DNA of 64,000 bases from Candidatus Amesbacteria bacterium GW2011_GWC2_45_19 (GCA_001001555.1 LCKS01000004.1:36130-100129), one strand, 5' to 3'. Counted from the first letter of the stretch, positions 1 through 9,889 are shown. Notes: generated from the sequence alone by a model not told the origin. Translations and numbers: made by a program.

Positions 1-3000
1 GCCTTGGGGAATAACTTGCAGACCCAAGCTTTGCAGTTCCTTGACCAAAACGTTAAAGGACTCGGGAACGGAGGCGCTGGGAATTTCCGTGCCCTTGACG
101 ATGGCTTCAAAAGCTTTGGCCCGGCCGACGACGTCATCGGACTTGATAGTCAGCATTTCCTGCAAAGTGGCGGCGGCTTTGTGAGCTTCCAGACCCCAAA
201 CTTCCATTTCTCCCAGGCGCTGGCCGCCCATCTGGGCTTTGCCTCCCAGGGGCTGCTGGGTAATCAGGGAGTAGGGACCAGTAGAACGGGCGTGGGTTTT
301 GTCCTCCACCATATGATGGAGCTTGAGGATATAGCCGATACCCACCACCGAGGTTTGTTCGTAAGCCAAGCCGGTCCGGCCGTCAATAAGAGGGGCCTTT
401 CCGGAAACAGGCAGGCCGGCTTTGATAAGGCTGTGGGCAATTTGATCCTCCGATACCCTCTCAAAAACCGGAACAGCCACGGTTTGACCCAGTTTTCTCA
501 TGGCCCAGCCCAAACGGGCTTCCAGAAGCTGTCCCAGATTCATCCGGGCCAGAACCGAAAGAGGAGAAATCATAATATCCACCGGGGTGCCGTCAGCCAG
601 ATGGGGCATGTCTGCTACCGGAACAATTTTACTGATGACGCCTTTATTGCCGTGCCGGCCGGCCAGTTTATCCCCGACAGTAATTTTTCGCAGTTGCGCT
701 ACTTTGACGACCACCCGTTTACTGGTACCGGGGGGCAGTTCGTCTCCGGCTTCACGGTCCAAAATGTGCACGTCAACCACTATCCCCCGTTCGCCGTGGG
801 GCATGCGCAAGGAAGTGTCGCGGACGTCGCGGGCTTTTTCACCAAAGATAGCCCGCAGCAGCCGCTCTTCGGCCGAAAGCTCGGTCTCTCCTTTGGGGGC
901 GATTTTACCGACCAAAATATCGTTGGGGCGGACTTCACTCCCGACCGTGACAAAGCCGCCTTCGTCGAGGTTGGCCAGATAGCTTTCGCCGACGTTGGGA
1001 ATGTCCCGGGTTGGTTCCTCTGGTCCAAGCTTAGTGTCTACTACGTCGGCTTCGTACTTTTCAATATGAATAGACGTGAGCAGATCTTGAGTGACTAACC
1101 TATCCGAAATAACTATAGCGTCTTCGTAACCCAGACCGTCATATGAAGCGTAAGCGATGAGCAGATTTTGGCCGAGGGCGATTTCTCCGTTCTCGGTAGC
1201 CGGACCATCGGCTAAAAGAGTACCGGGGGTAACTTTTTGGCCCGGAGAGACAACCGGGGTTTGAGAAAAGTTGGTGCTGTGGGAAGTCCGCTTGAACTTG
1301 GTGAGATAGAAAGTCTGCAAATTTTCCTGGAAGACAACTTCTTCACAGCCAGCGGGGTTTTGGGGTTTTTTATCCAATTTAATTATGATTTTATTGGCGT
1401 CCACGTAGGCGACTGTCCCAGAATAGGTGGCATAAATTGCCCAGCCCATGGCAGCGGCGACCTCTTTTTCCATGCCGGTGCCCACTATAGGAGCGGAGGG
1501 GGAAAGCAGGGGCACAGCTTGAGATTGCATGTTAGTGCCCATCAGGGCCCGGTTAGCCGCGTCGTTGGCCAGGAAGGGAATAAGGGAGGCGGAGGTACCC
1601 ACCACCTGCCGGGCGACCACATCTACGAAATCAACTTGGGAGGCCGGGCCTTCGGTGAAGATATTGGCGTGGCGGATAGGCAACCACTTATCCAAAATAT
1701 AGCCCTTACTGTCTACCCGCATGTCACTGGAAGAGATCCGATACTGTTCTTCGTCGTCTGCAGTTAAATACACGATTTCGTCTGTCACCCGGCGCTTTAT
1801 AACCCGGCGGTATGGAGCTTCTAAAAATCCATATTCATTAATTCGGGCATACAGAGACAAATAAGTAATCAGGCCGATATTCGGACCTTCCGGAGAGCGG
1901 ACCGGGTCAATGCGGCTATATTGGGAGGCGTTGATATCGCGGATGCTGAAAGAGGCCCGTTCCCGGGTCAGGCCGCCGGGGCCAAAAACGGACAAGCGGC
2001 GGAGATGGTCTATCTCGGATAAGGGATTTGTCTGATCCAAAATTTGGGATAGTTGGGAGCTCCGGAAAAATTGGTTGATGGCGGAAATGACCGGGCGGGC
2101 GTTGACCAGCTGGGTAGGGGTAATCAACTCCTCGGTATAAACCAAGCTCATTTTTTCGCGGATAGCCCGTTCCAGGCGCAGCAGGCCTTCGCGAAAAGCG
2201 GTTTGAACGACAATTTCTCCCACCCGGCGGACACGGCGGTTGGCCAGATTATCGATATCGTCGGTGTAACCCTGGCCTTGAGACAGACTGATAAGATATT
2301 TAATGGCGGCTACTAAATCGTCGCGGGTAAGAATTCTGGAGTCGGAAATTCCGCCCAGACGGCGGTTTATTTTGTAACGGCCAACTGCGCCCAGGTCGTA
2401 ACGGCGGGGATTAAAAAACAGGTCGTACAAAAGTTTTTGGGCGTTTTCCAGAACAATGGGTTCTCCGGGGCGCATCTTTTTATAAACTTCGATGAGGGCG
2501 TCTTCGGTAGTTTTGGTAGTGTCTTTGGCCGCTGCAGCTTCCAGGCCTTCAGGAAATTCCGACAGACCCATAGCCCGGAGAATGGTGGTGGCTAAGAATT
2601 TGCGCCGGCGGTCAATCCTGATGTAAATAACGTCGGAACGGGCAGTTTCAAATTCCAGCCAAGTGCCGCGGATGGGCCGCAACTCGGCGGTATGCAAAAG
2701 TTTGCCGGAGGCCGCGTCCAGTTCGGCTCCAAAGTAGACTCCGGGAGAACGCACGATTTGGTTGACGACTACCCGCTCTACGCCATTGACGATGAAAGTT
2801 CCGCGGCTGGTCATTTGCGGAATATCACCCAGAAAGACTTCGCTGGCAGTGGTTTTGCGGGTTTGCTTGTTGGTCAGCTTGGCCGCAACGCGCAGGGCAG
2901 AAGAATGAGTCAGGCCTTTACGAATAGCGTGTTGGGGAGTAATTTTAGGCTTTTCCACGGAGTAAGCCCCAAATTCCAGAAGCCAGTTCTTGCCGGTAAA

Positions 3001-3147
3001 ATCCTCGACAGGGGAAATTTCAGCAACAGCTTCTTTAATTCCATCGCTAATAAACCACTGCCACGAGTCCAATTGAATCTGAGTCAGATTGAGGGGAGGA
3101 AGGTGGGCGGGTTCCTGTCCCCAAATGTAACGGCGAGATACTGGCAT
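1..3147 (-). CDS. rpoB: DNA-directed RNA polymerase subunit beta (3' end runs off window)
   Basis: Not in the ORF track. Minus-strand translation from ATG 3147 reads MPVSRRYIWG...FLGDIPQMTSRGTFIVNGVERVVVNQIVRSPG and, near position 1, PESFNVLVKELQSLGLQVIPQG; these are RpoB motifs. The + strand ORFs here are antisense shadows. Confidence 0.97.
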   Translation of the reverse strand, partial: MPVSRRYIWGQEPAHLPPLNLTQIQLDSWQWFISDGIKEAVAEISPVEDFTGKNWLLEFGAYSVEKPKITPQHAIRKGLTHSSALRVAAKLTNKQTRKTTASEVFLGDIPQMTSRGTFIVNGVERVVVNQIVRSPGVYFGAELDAASGKLLHTAELRPIRGTWLEFETARSDVIYIRIDRRRKFLATTILRAMGLSEFPEGLEAAAAKDTTKTTEDALIEVYKKMRPGEPIVLENAQKLLYDLFFNPRRYDLGAVGRYKINRRLGGISDSRILTRDDLVAAIKYLISLSQGQGYTDDIDNLANRRVRRVGEIVVQTAFREGLLRLERAIREKMSLVYTEELITPTQLVNARPVISAINQFFRSSQLSQILDQTNPLSEIDHLRRLSVFGPGGLTRERASFSIRDINASQYSRIDPVRSPEGPNIGLITYLSLYARINEYGFLEAPYRRVIKRRVTDEIVYLTADDEEQYRISSSDMRVDSKGYILDKWLPIRHANIFTEGPASQVDFVDVVARQVVGTSASLIPFLANDAANRALMGTNMQSQAVPLLSPSAPIVGTGMEKEVAAAMGWAIYATYSGTVAYVDANKIIIKLDKKPQNPAGCEEVVFQENLQTFYLTKFKRTSHSTNFSQTPVVSPGQKVTPGTLLADGPATENGEIALGQNLLIAYASYDGLGYEDAIVISDRLVTQDLLTSIHIEKYEADVVDTKLGPEEPTRDIPNVGESYLANLDEGGFVTVGSEVRPNDILVGKIAPKGETELSAEERLLRAIFGEKARDVRDTSLRMPHGERGIVVDVHILDREAGDELPPGTSKRVVVKVAQLRKITVGDKLAGRHGNKGVISKIVPVADMPHLADGTPVDIMISPLSVLARMNLGQLLEARLGWAMRKLGQTVAVPVFERVSEDQIAHSLIKAGLPVSGKAPLIDGRTGLAYEQTSVVGIGYILKLHHMVEDKTHARSTGPYSLITQQPLGGKAQMGGQRLGEMEVWGLEAHKAAATLQEMLTIKSDDVVGRAKAFEAIVKGTEIPSASVPESFNVLVKELQSLGLQVIPQG

Positions 3148-3162
3148 TTGCTTCTCTATAGC

Positions 3163-3200
3163 GCAAAAGACCCCTCCGGTATCTCTACCGTTCGGGGTTT
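3163..3200 (-). terminator. hairpin plus U-tract between mltG and rpoB (terminator or leader)
   Basis: Minus strand reads acccc-gaa-cggta-gaga-taccg-ga-ggggt-ctttt. Confidence 0.45.
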
Positions 3201-3219
3201 CTAAGCTAGCCTGACTTTA

Positions 3220-4146
3220 TCAGCGGGTAAGATATTTGTCAATGTTCAAATTGTGTTCTTCGATAGTGACGGCATAATGAGTGGTCCCGTCGGGGGCGTG
3301 CAGATAAAACCAGTAAGGCGAAATTCGGGGAGAGCGGGCGGCTTCAATGGAGGCTAAGCCAGGATTGGCAATGGGAGTGGGGGGAAAGCCAGGATAGATG
3401 TAAGTGTTGTAGATGGAAGGATAACGCGTATCTGTAACAGGAGACCAATCGCCGCGGGCATACTGGACAGTGGCGTCTACCTGAAGGGGCCAGCCGGCCC
3501 TAAGACGTTTGAGAAGAATCCCGGCTACGATGGGACGATCGGCTACAGTTCTGGTTTCCCGCTCAACCAGTGAAGCCAAAATCAGAATATCCGGGTCGAT
3601 GGGGCCTACTTTACGGTCAAAAGTAGAAACCATAGTGTCCACAATATCTGCCGGCGTGGCGTAGGTGGGAATGAGGTAGGTATCGGGAAAGAGACGGCCT
3701 TCAAGAGTGGCGGTTAGAGACAAAAAAGTAGTAGTATCAAAATTCTCCAGATTGGAAGCTAGGCGGGCGGCAATTTGCTCCCGGCGCCAACCCTCCGGAA
3801 TGGTGACCCAAATGTCCCTAGGACCGGCGGTCAGTGAAGTGAGGAGGTTTTTGAGACCGGTACCAGAAGAAATAAGATAAGTCCCCGCTTTAATTTTTTT
3901 GTCCAGGCCGGAAAATATAAAGTATATCTTGGCCACTTGAGCCGAGCGGATAAATTTTTGGGCAAAAAGAGCCTGGGAGACGGCAGAGGCCGACTGGGCG
4001 GGAGTAATGATGAAAGAGCGATGAAGATCTGAAGCAGGATCTAGAGGAGAAAGCTGGCGGGTCCACCAGGTAAAGCCCAATAAAGCGGTTAAAGTGAGAA
4101 GAACAAACGAACCGGCCAGGAGCTTCACGATTTTAGACCTCCTCAA
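3220..4146 (-). CDS. mltG: endolytic transglycosylase MltG (YceG family)
   Basis: N-terminal TM; motifs VTIPEG, LEGRLFPDTY, ASLVERE, LQVDATVQY, PPTPIANPG. Confidence 0.93.
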   Translation of the reverse strand: MRRSKIVKLLAGSFVLLTLTALLGFTWWTRQLSPLDPASDLHRSFIITPAQSASAVSQALFAQKFIRSAQVAKIYFIFSGLDKKIKAGTYLISSGTGLKNLLTSLTAGPRDIWVTIPEGWRREQIAARLASNLENFDTTTFLSLTATLEGRLFPDTYLIPTYATPADIVDTMVSTFDRKVGPIDPDILILASLVERETRTVADRPIVAGILLKRLRAGWPLQVDATVQYARGDWSPVTDTRYPSIYNTYIYPGFPPTPIANPGLASIEAARSPRISPYWFYLHAPDGTTHYAVTIEEHNLNIDKYLTR

Positions 4147-4336
4147 ACAAGGCCCGACGATATTTGTCAGTTTCGGATTCTTTGATAAAAATGCGGCTAC
4201 ACTTTTTACAGATTATTTTAGTGCCTTTAGAGTGTTTTATAGATTTGCCCAAGGAGAGATCGGTACCACAGCCCACACAACGGCCTTGAGAGAGAAGCCA
4301 GGCCTGGACAGGGGCGATGACGTTTTTGAACATCAC
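4133..4336 (-). CDS. small zinc-ribbon hypothetical protein
   Basis: Two CxxC pairs (CVGC, CKKC); overlaps the mltG start. Confidence 0.7.
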   Translation of the reverse strand: MMFKNVIAPVQAWLLSQGRCVGCGTDLSLGKSIKHSKGTKIICKKCSRIFIKESETDKYRRALFEEV

Positions 4337-4344
4337 TGGTGACT

Positions 4345-4833
4345 TTAACGGGTTTTAGATTTCCAGTCAAGGCGCTTGCGAAAAATTCCCTCTGTATAGC
4401 CTCCTTCTTTGATAAATTTCTCTTCCAGAGACCTTATCTGTCTATCTAAAAGATAGTTGGTTCTTCTAATAAGGTTGGCCGAATAATTAAGAGGGATAAA
4501 TGGGTTAAGATTGTCCCGTTTACCCCCCTTATCCCACTTGGGTAAAATTGTCAGTTCTCGGGTTCGGGCAAAGTCTTCATAATCTTTAAGCAGTTCTTCG
4601 TTAGACCCCCTGGTTACTCCTAAAAGTTTAATATAACCCTTGAGGCTTTTTTGGAGGTAGCCCTCAACAATACACTGCTTGCTAGATCTGGCGGCTTGAA
4701 CCATCTGTTCTCTGGTTCGTAGATATTCCCTTCCGGAAAGAAACCTGTCGCAAAATTGAATAGTCAGATCGTAGACTTCTATCGAGTTTTGGTAAGTGAT
4801 TAGATACTCGTATCCAGGTTTTGATCCAGCCAT
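4345..4833 (-). CDS. four-helix bundle protein (23S rRNA IVP/Avd-like, with four-helix-bundle suffix domain)
   Basis: EQMVQAARSSKQCIVEG, ELLKDYEDF and LLDRQIRSLEEKFIKEGGYTE motifs. Confidence 0.88.
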   Translation of the reverse strand: MAGSKPGYEYLITYQNSIEVYDLTIQFCDRFLSGREYLRTREQMVQAARSSKQCIVEGYLQKSLKGYIKLLGVTRGSNEELLKDYEDFARTRELTILPKWDKGGKRDNLNPFIPLNYSANLIRRTNYLLDRQIRSLEEKFIKEGGYTEGIFRKRLDWKSKTR

Positions 4834-5156
4834 CCTTGTAATATTATAGTTGCAGACGCCGCGTGTTCCAAATTGCGTCGTTTGGACTTAGTAGTATGCA
4901 ATAGGAATCGACGGGCGTCGTGAGAAGAAAGAGTCTCGTCAACTTTATGCACAATTGCTAACTCCGACAATTTGTCTAAAAAACTTTCCGGACAATCCCC
5001 CACTACAATACCATCTATATTATGTTTACTAATCAGCAATTTAATTGACTGAAGTGCTTTGATGGTCTTAACTGTGGCCAGCGGTTCAGTCAACGGCCCA
5101 ATAGCCAACGCCACTCCCACTCTCGCCGCTCCATAATCAATTCCCAAATAGTTCAT
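4800..5156 (-). CDS. ruvX: YqgF/RuvX pre-16S rRNA nuclease
   Basis: YLGIDYG..RVGVA, VDETLSS and AASATIILQGWLD motifs. Confidence 0.88.
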   Translation of the reverse strand: MNYLGIDYGAARVGVALAIGPLTEPLATVKTIKALQSIKLLISKHNIDGIVVGDCPESFLDKLSELAIVHKVDETLSSHDARRFLLHTTKSKRRNLEHAASATIILQGWLDQNLDTSI

Positions 5157-5186
5157 TGAAACAATGATAACAAATAACTCCCTATA

Positions 5187-5222
5187 TTAACAATTTTAAT
5201 GCGGTCGCATTTTAATTGTTAA
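5187..5222. repeat. AT-rich near-perfect palindrome
   Basis: ttaacaatt-ttaatgcg-gt-cgcatttt-aattgttaa. Confidence 0.6.
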
Positions 5223-5223
5223 A

Positions 5224-5251
5224 TAAAAAATCCCACTTTTCAGGCGGGATT
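5224..5251 (-). terminator. rho-independent terminator
   Basis: Minus strand aatcccgc-ctgaaaa-gtgggatt followed by a T run. Confidence 0.6.
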
Positions 5252-5307
5252 GGAGTAGACACGCTCCTCTATATCAAATCGTATCAAAAAGGCGTGGCCT
5301 TTCAAGG

Positions 5308-5958
5308 CTAGTTTACCAGTTCGGCGCGGGCGACGAAGCGGCGCAGATAAGTGCCTAGGGGAACACAAGTTATTAGAGTCAGCTCGTTTTTATCATAGCG
5401 CTGGGCTAAAACTTCAATTTGGGAGGGGTCAACTTCGGTAATGTTGCGCACTATGTATTTATAGGTCACGCCGTCGTACTGGATAGTGACGGCGTCGCCG
5501 ACTTTGATTTTGGGCAGAGGATTAAAAAGGGAAATGGGATCATTGGGTTTGTAGAGAGCGGGTAACGTAGAATGGCCAAAGATAACGGTGTTGCCGTAAT
5601 CACCCGGCAGCGCAGTGCCGGGAAATTGAATGGCGTTTTTTTTCAGATCAGTACCATTAATCTCTACAGGGATATCTTGAAGATTAAGCTGGGGGATAGA
5701 CAGAGTATAGTAGCGAACCCGACTAACGGTGGGGGTGGCGCTGGCTGTAGGAAACCAAGTGGTGGGTTGGGTGTAATCAGGAGTAGTTACGCCTAGGATA
5801 TTAGCAACAAAAGGCACAGGAACTAAGGCCACGGCGGTGGGGTCCAGAAGTTTCGGCTGGAGACTAAAACTTAATTGGGATAAGCCAATAGGCAACAGGA
5901 CACTTAAAAGAAGTATTAGGCCCACTATGATTAGGGACAGGGAGAGAAAACGGCGCAT
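5308..5958 (-). CDS. sortase
   Basis: N-terminal TM; IFGHS (His), LTLITC (Cys) and downstream Arg form the sortase triad. Confidence 0.93.
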   Translation of the reverse strand: MRRFLSLSLIIVGLILLLSVLLPIGLSQLSFSLQPKLLDPTAVALVPVPFVANILGVTTPDYTQPTTWFPTASATPTVSRVRYYTLSIPQLNLQDIPVEINGTDLKKNAIQFPGTALPGDYGNTVIFGHSTLPALYKPNDPISLFNPLPKIKVGDAVTIQYDGVTYKYIVRNITEVDPSQIEVLAQRYDKNELTLITCVPLGTYLRRFVARAELVN

Positions 5959-8021
5959 TATTTTAGAGAACGGACGGAGACGGTAATGTGCTTAGAAACG
6001 CGAGGTAGGGTGGCCAGAAAAGCGGGCAGCCGGGGAGAAATTAGAATGTTTATTTGGCCAATGGCGGGTAAGGATTGGAGATATTCTTTAGCCCAGCCCG
6101 GATATTTGCCAGCTATGTCTTTGGCAATTTTTGCAGTATCCATTTGCGGCAGAAGCAAAGCGGCTACCCGGACTTGAAAAGTGGCGGTGTTTTTGTCGGC
6201 TTTTTTGACAGTCATGCTCTGGGTGACGTCGGTATCAAAAACGTAGCCGGCGGGTATTTGGGGATTGACCTGGGCGTCAATGATGGACTGCAGGTCAGAC
6301 TTAGAAACTACCAAGCCGCGGGCGGTGGCCGAAAGTTTAAGAGAAACGTTGTCTGCCTCTTCGTCGATCTTGTAATTAAAGTTTTCGGAGACCGACTGGA
6401 GACTGATAGATTCGGCAATAAGCTGCATGTCTGAACTGACTTTTTGAGACAGCTCGTCCTTGGCCTTATTTTTCAGAGTTTCAGTCAAGTCGGCCCGGAG
6501 TTTGGCGGCATCATCTTTGGAGACCACTTTGGCCTGCCGGCTGGTACCTCCCGAAAGGGCCGCATCGTTTTTTGCGGAGGTTTCTACAGAGGAGTAACTT
6601 CCTATACGAAAGTCTGTTCCAGCAGAAAGATTATAGTCTCCGCCAATTTGTCCGGCGGTAACTTTGGCAGTCACTTTTCCTGATTGAACGTTCGGGGCAT
6701 ATCCGCTAGCAGAGGCAACGGTGGCAATTTCATCTAAAACGAATTTCAGTCCGGATGGAGAAATTAAAATTGTCCCTGCAGTAAAAGTGCGACTGGCGGC
6801 AGCATTGTTGGTGATAACTACCGAACCCGTGGCTTTGTCGCCGACAATTTTGGAGCCAGTGGCGGGAATGGATTTGTCTGCAGAAACCGCTTCCTCCAAG
6901 CTTTCTGCCGGCAGGTCTTTGCCGCCGGCCACAAGTTCAAATTGATGCTCCAGATTCTTGGGGGTGACAAACAAAACAACTTCGGCTTTGGGTAAGTACC
7001 AGTAAGCTGCTCCTAATCCGCCGACGACAGCAAGAAATATTAACACGGAAATGATAGCTACTGCAGAAAAATTGAGGTGAATTTTTGGCAAGTGAATCGT
7101 GGGGAGTTTAAATTTGGGTTTGGGTGGCACAACCACCGGAACAGGTTCCGGTTCCGGAGGCGGCGGAAGCGGAGATTGAGCGGCCACATCTATATCTTGG
7201 ACAAACCCCAGGTCAGAGGCAGAGTGAGCCGGTTGGGATTCAGTGGTAGGTTCTTCTTCAGCCCGAGCGACTTCTGATCCTCCAGAGAGGGCAATGGCCC
7301 GGATGGTGAAATCGGCCGGCAAAATTTCTACCTTGGGAAAGTGCAGAAAAGGCAGGTGTTTTTGCGGGGCTTGCCAGGGGTGGGCCAAAAGCAATTGTTT
7401 GACTTCCTCCAAGTCTATGCCGGAATCATACAGAAGCATCCGGGAAGGCAGCATGTCAATATCGGAAAAGCGGGACAGACCTTCGACCACATCGTCGGCC
7501 AGGTGGGAACTTTTTTGCACCAGATAGGTACCGTTAATCTTACCTAATCTAACCAAGGTGATTTCCAGACAGTGCGGCCAAAAACCAATGAGAATGGCGG
7601 TGGGGGGGACACCTTCAGTGGACTGGAGATATTTGGCGGCGGCTTCGGGAGTAACTACAAATCCCACCGGCACCAGGTCCAGTTTTTCTGATAAAGCTTT
7701 AAGAAGACGAAGTTGGGAGGGGAAAATTTTGTCTGCCCCTACCCAATCGGCGGGCAGGCCAAAGATAACCTTGTGGACGTCTACTTTGCCGGTGGGGTCC
7801 AGGTGGGAAGTGGCGTCGGAAAGAGTGGCGTCCGCAATTGTGATAAGTGAGTCTTCGGCTTTGTCATCCCACGATTGGCTACTACTGACGGCTAAAACTT
7901 GGGGCTTGTCATTGATAACTGACCAAACAGCGCTTTTGATTAAACCGTGGTCGATCTCCAAAGCGAAAAAATATTCCCGGGCAGGGGTTTTTTCGGGTTT
8001 TTTAAGAAACGGCAGTTGCAT
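5958..8021 (-). CDS. conserved CPR membrane protein: FtsA/PilM-like N-terminus, Pro linker, TM, baseplate J/gp47-like extracellular domain
   Basis: FFALEID..IKSAVW resembles an actin-fold start; TM near aa 320-342; ATGSVVITN..FTAGT..GLKF..VTA..GGDYN pattern; stop overlaps the sortase start. Confidence 0.7.
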   Translation of the reverse strand: MQLPFLKKPEKTPAREYFFALEIDHGLIKSAVWSVINDKPQVLAVSSSQSWDDKAEDSLITIADATLSDATSHLDPTGKVDVHKVIFGLPADWVGADKIFPSQLRLLKALSEKLDLVPVGFVVTPEAAAKYLQSTEGVPPTAILIGFWPHCLEITLVRLGKINGTYLVQKSSHLADDVVEGLSRFSDIDMLPSRMLLYDSGIDLEEVKQLLLAHPWQAPQKHLPFLHFPKVEILPADFTIRAIALSGGSEVARAEEEPTTESQPAHSASDLGFVQDIDVAAQSPLPPPPEPEPVPVVVPPKPKFKLPTIHLPKIHLNFSAVAIISVLIFLAVVGGLGAAYWYLPKAEVVLFVTPKNLEHQFELVAGGKDLPAESLEEAVSADKSIPATGSKIVGDKATGSVVITNNAAASRTFTAGTILISPSGLKFVLDEIATVASASGYAPNVQSGKVTAKVTAGQIGGDYNLSAGTDFRIGSYSSVETSAKNDAALSGGTSRQAKVVSKDDAAKLRADLTETLKNKAKDELSQKVSSDMQLIAESISLQSVSENFNYKIDEEADNVSLKLSATARGLVVSKSDLQSIIDAQVNPQIPAGYVFDTDVTQSMTVKKADKNTATFQVRVAALLLPQMDTAKIAKDIAGKYPGWAKEYLQSLPAIGQINILISPRLPAFLATLPRVSKHITVSVRSLK

Positions 8022-9792
8022 AGATGCGGCGGACGCCGGCGGATACCGCCTCCTGGCGGGTTATCTTTATCCTACCAATTTCCCCAGTGGATTGCACATG
8101 GGGACCGCCGCACAGCTCTTGGGAAAAATCCCCTATTGAATAAACCGAGGTCACCTCGGGATATTTTTCCGGGAAAAAAGCCAGGGCGCCTTCGGCCAGA
8201 GCTTGGGCTTTGGGCATTTCCACTCGCTCAATTTTAATGTCCTCTCCGATCTTTTTATTAACAATTTCCTCGACCTGTTTTATTTTGTCATCGGTAAGTT
8301 TTTCCGGATGGGAAAAATCAAAGCGTAGGCGTTCGACGGTAATATTGCTGCCTTTTTGAGACACGTGAATCCCCAGTACTCTCCTCAGGGCCGCGTGTAA
8401 AAGATGTGTGGCGGTGTGATACTTAGTAACAATTTCTGATTGGTCTTGCAGTCCTCCTTTGAACATGCTTGCGGAGGCAGTGCGAGATAACTTTTTATGT
8501 CTTTCGTTTATATGATCGAATTCATTTTTATCAAGGTCTTTCCCTTTTTGTTTAAATAATTCTTCTGTGACTTCGTAAGGGAATCCATATGTCTGATATA
8601 GATTAAAGGCGTTAAGCGCGTTCAGTTGGTTGTCTTGATATTTATTAAACTCTCGCAATCCTCTGTCTAAAGTGTCGCTGAATTTACTCATTTCTTCCTC
8701 TATTATTGACCGTACAGTTTCTCTGTCTTTAGATTCTTCGAAATACACGGCGTCTCTGTATGTTTCTAATACTGAATGACAGATAGCTTGAAAGCCAGGA
8801 ATTGGAGTTAGCCCGCCCTTGAGTTGATGCATCTTTACCGCAGCACGTCGAAGTAATCGACGAAGAAAATATCCTTGAGTCTTATTTGAGGGGGTTACTC
8901 CGTCTACCATCAAAAATGTGGCCGCCTTGAGATGGTCGGTTATTGTTCTCATTGCAGGCTTGTTTTGGTCGTCGGAATACTTTTTATCTGTATAGTCTTC
9001 GACCGTTTTAAGTATTATGGAAAATAGATCTGTTTTAAAAATGTCCGGGTCGTGGTTAACTGCGGCAGTGATTCTTTCCAATCCCCCGCCAAAATCTATG
9101 TTTTTTTTGGCTAGCGGTTCAAATCCATCTTTGGTTTTTTGATAGGTCATGAAGACGTTGTTGCCGATTTCCAAAAATCTGCCGCAGTCACAGTTGGGAT
9201 GGCAGGAGTCGCCGAATTTCGGATCGTGGGGGGTACCAAAATCATAAAAAACTTCAGAGTCTGGGCCGCCGGGTTCGCCAATTGGCATGCTGGCATAACT
9301 GCTTCTGGCCCACCAATTTTTTTCCACACCATAATAAAAAATGTGTTCTGACGAAACTCCCAACTTTTTCCAATTATCCGCGGCTTCCTCATCACGGGGA
9401 ACTTGATTATTCCCTTCAAATACGGAAACGTATAACCTTTTGGGGTCTAAGCCTAATTCTTTGGTAAAAAATTCCCAAATCCAGGCTTGTTGTTCGGCCT
9501 TGAAATAATCTCCCAGAGACCAGTTGCCCAGCATTTCAAAAAAAGTGGTGTGACAGTTGTCCCCAACTTCTTCAATATCCTGGGATCGGAAACATTTTTG
9601 GGAATCAACTAAACGGGTGCCTAAAGGGTGGGGTTGGCCCAGTAAGTATGGCAACATGGGTTGCATACCGAATCCGGTAAAGAGGGTAGTGGGATCGTTT
9701 TCGGGAACGAGAGGCGCCGAGGGAATTTCTATGTGTCCCCGGTCTTTAAAAAACTTCAGATATTTAGCTCTGACATCATTGGCCGAAACCAT
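8002..9792 (-). CDS. alaS: alanine--tRNA ligase (short form lacking C-Ala domain)
   Basis: DPTTLFT, HTTFFEMLGN, HTATHLLH and ELCGGPHV (editing domain) motifs; ends GVRRIYA. Confidence 0.97.
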   Translation of the reverse strand: MVSANDVRAKYLKFFKDRGHIEIPSAPLVPENDPTTLFTGFGMQPMLPYLLGQPHPLGTRLVDSQKCFRSQDIEEVGDNCHTTFFEMLGNWSLGDYFKAEQQAWIWEFFTKELGLDPKRLYVSVFEGNNQVPRDEEAADNWKKLGVSSEHIFYYGVEKNWWARSSYASMPIGEPGGPDSEVFYDFGTPHDPKFGDSCHPNCDCGRFLEIGNNVFMTYQKTKDGFEPLAKKNIDFGGGLERITAAVNHDPDIFKTDLFSIILKTVEDYTDKKYSDDQNKPAMRTITDHLKAATFLMVDGVTPSNKTQGYFLRRLLRRAAVKMHQLKGGLTPIPGFQAICHSVLETYRDAVYFEESKDRETVRSIIEEEMSKFSDTLDRGLREFNKYQDNQLNALNAFNLYQTYGFPYEVTEELFKQKGKDLDKNEFDHINERHKKLSRTASASMFKGGLQDQSEIVTKYHTATHLLHAALRRVLGIHVSQKGSNITVERLRFDFSHPEKLTDDKIKQVEEIVNKKIGEDIKIERVEMPKAQALAEGALAFFPEKYPEVTSVYSIGDFSQELCGGPHVQSTGEIGRIKITRQEAVSAGVRRIYATAVS

Positions 9793-9860
9793 ATGGTAAT
9801 TTTAGCATTCATAGTGCTACTATTATGTACAGGTCTGATTTGAAGACCTACTTTGTGGTC

Positions 9861-9889
9861 TTGACAGGCAACCTAATTCCGGTTAGAAT
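9861..9889 (+). promoter_or_regulatory. sigma70 promoter, leaderless, for antitoxin-RelE pair
   Basis: TTGACA-17 nt-TAGAAT, then 6 nt to ATG 9896. Confidence 0.75.

Noticed and set aside
4..3204. Long + strand ORFs (364, 176, 170 aa)
   Set aside because: They are antisense shadows of rpoB. The same applies to most ORFs overlapping ftsK, rnj, pnp, fusA, tuf, secY, dnaK and murJ.
4345..4833. Diversity-generating retroelement suggested by the Avd-like fold
   Set aside because: No reverse transcriptase and no template/variable repeat pair with adenine-specific mismatches were seen in the window.
5958..8021. Prophage or contractile injection system suggested by the baseplate-like domain
   Set aside because: It is a single membrane-anchored gene coupled to alaS and sortase, with no other phage structural genes.
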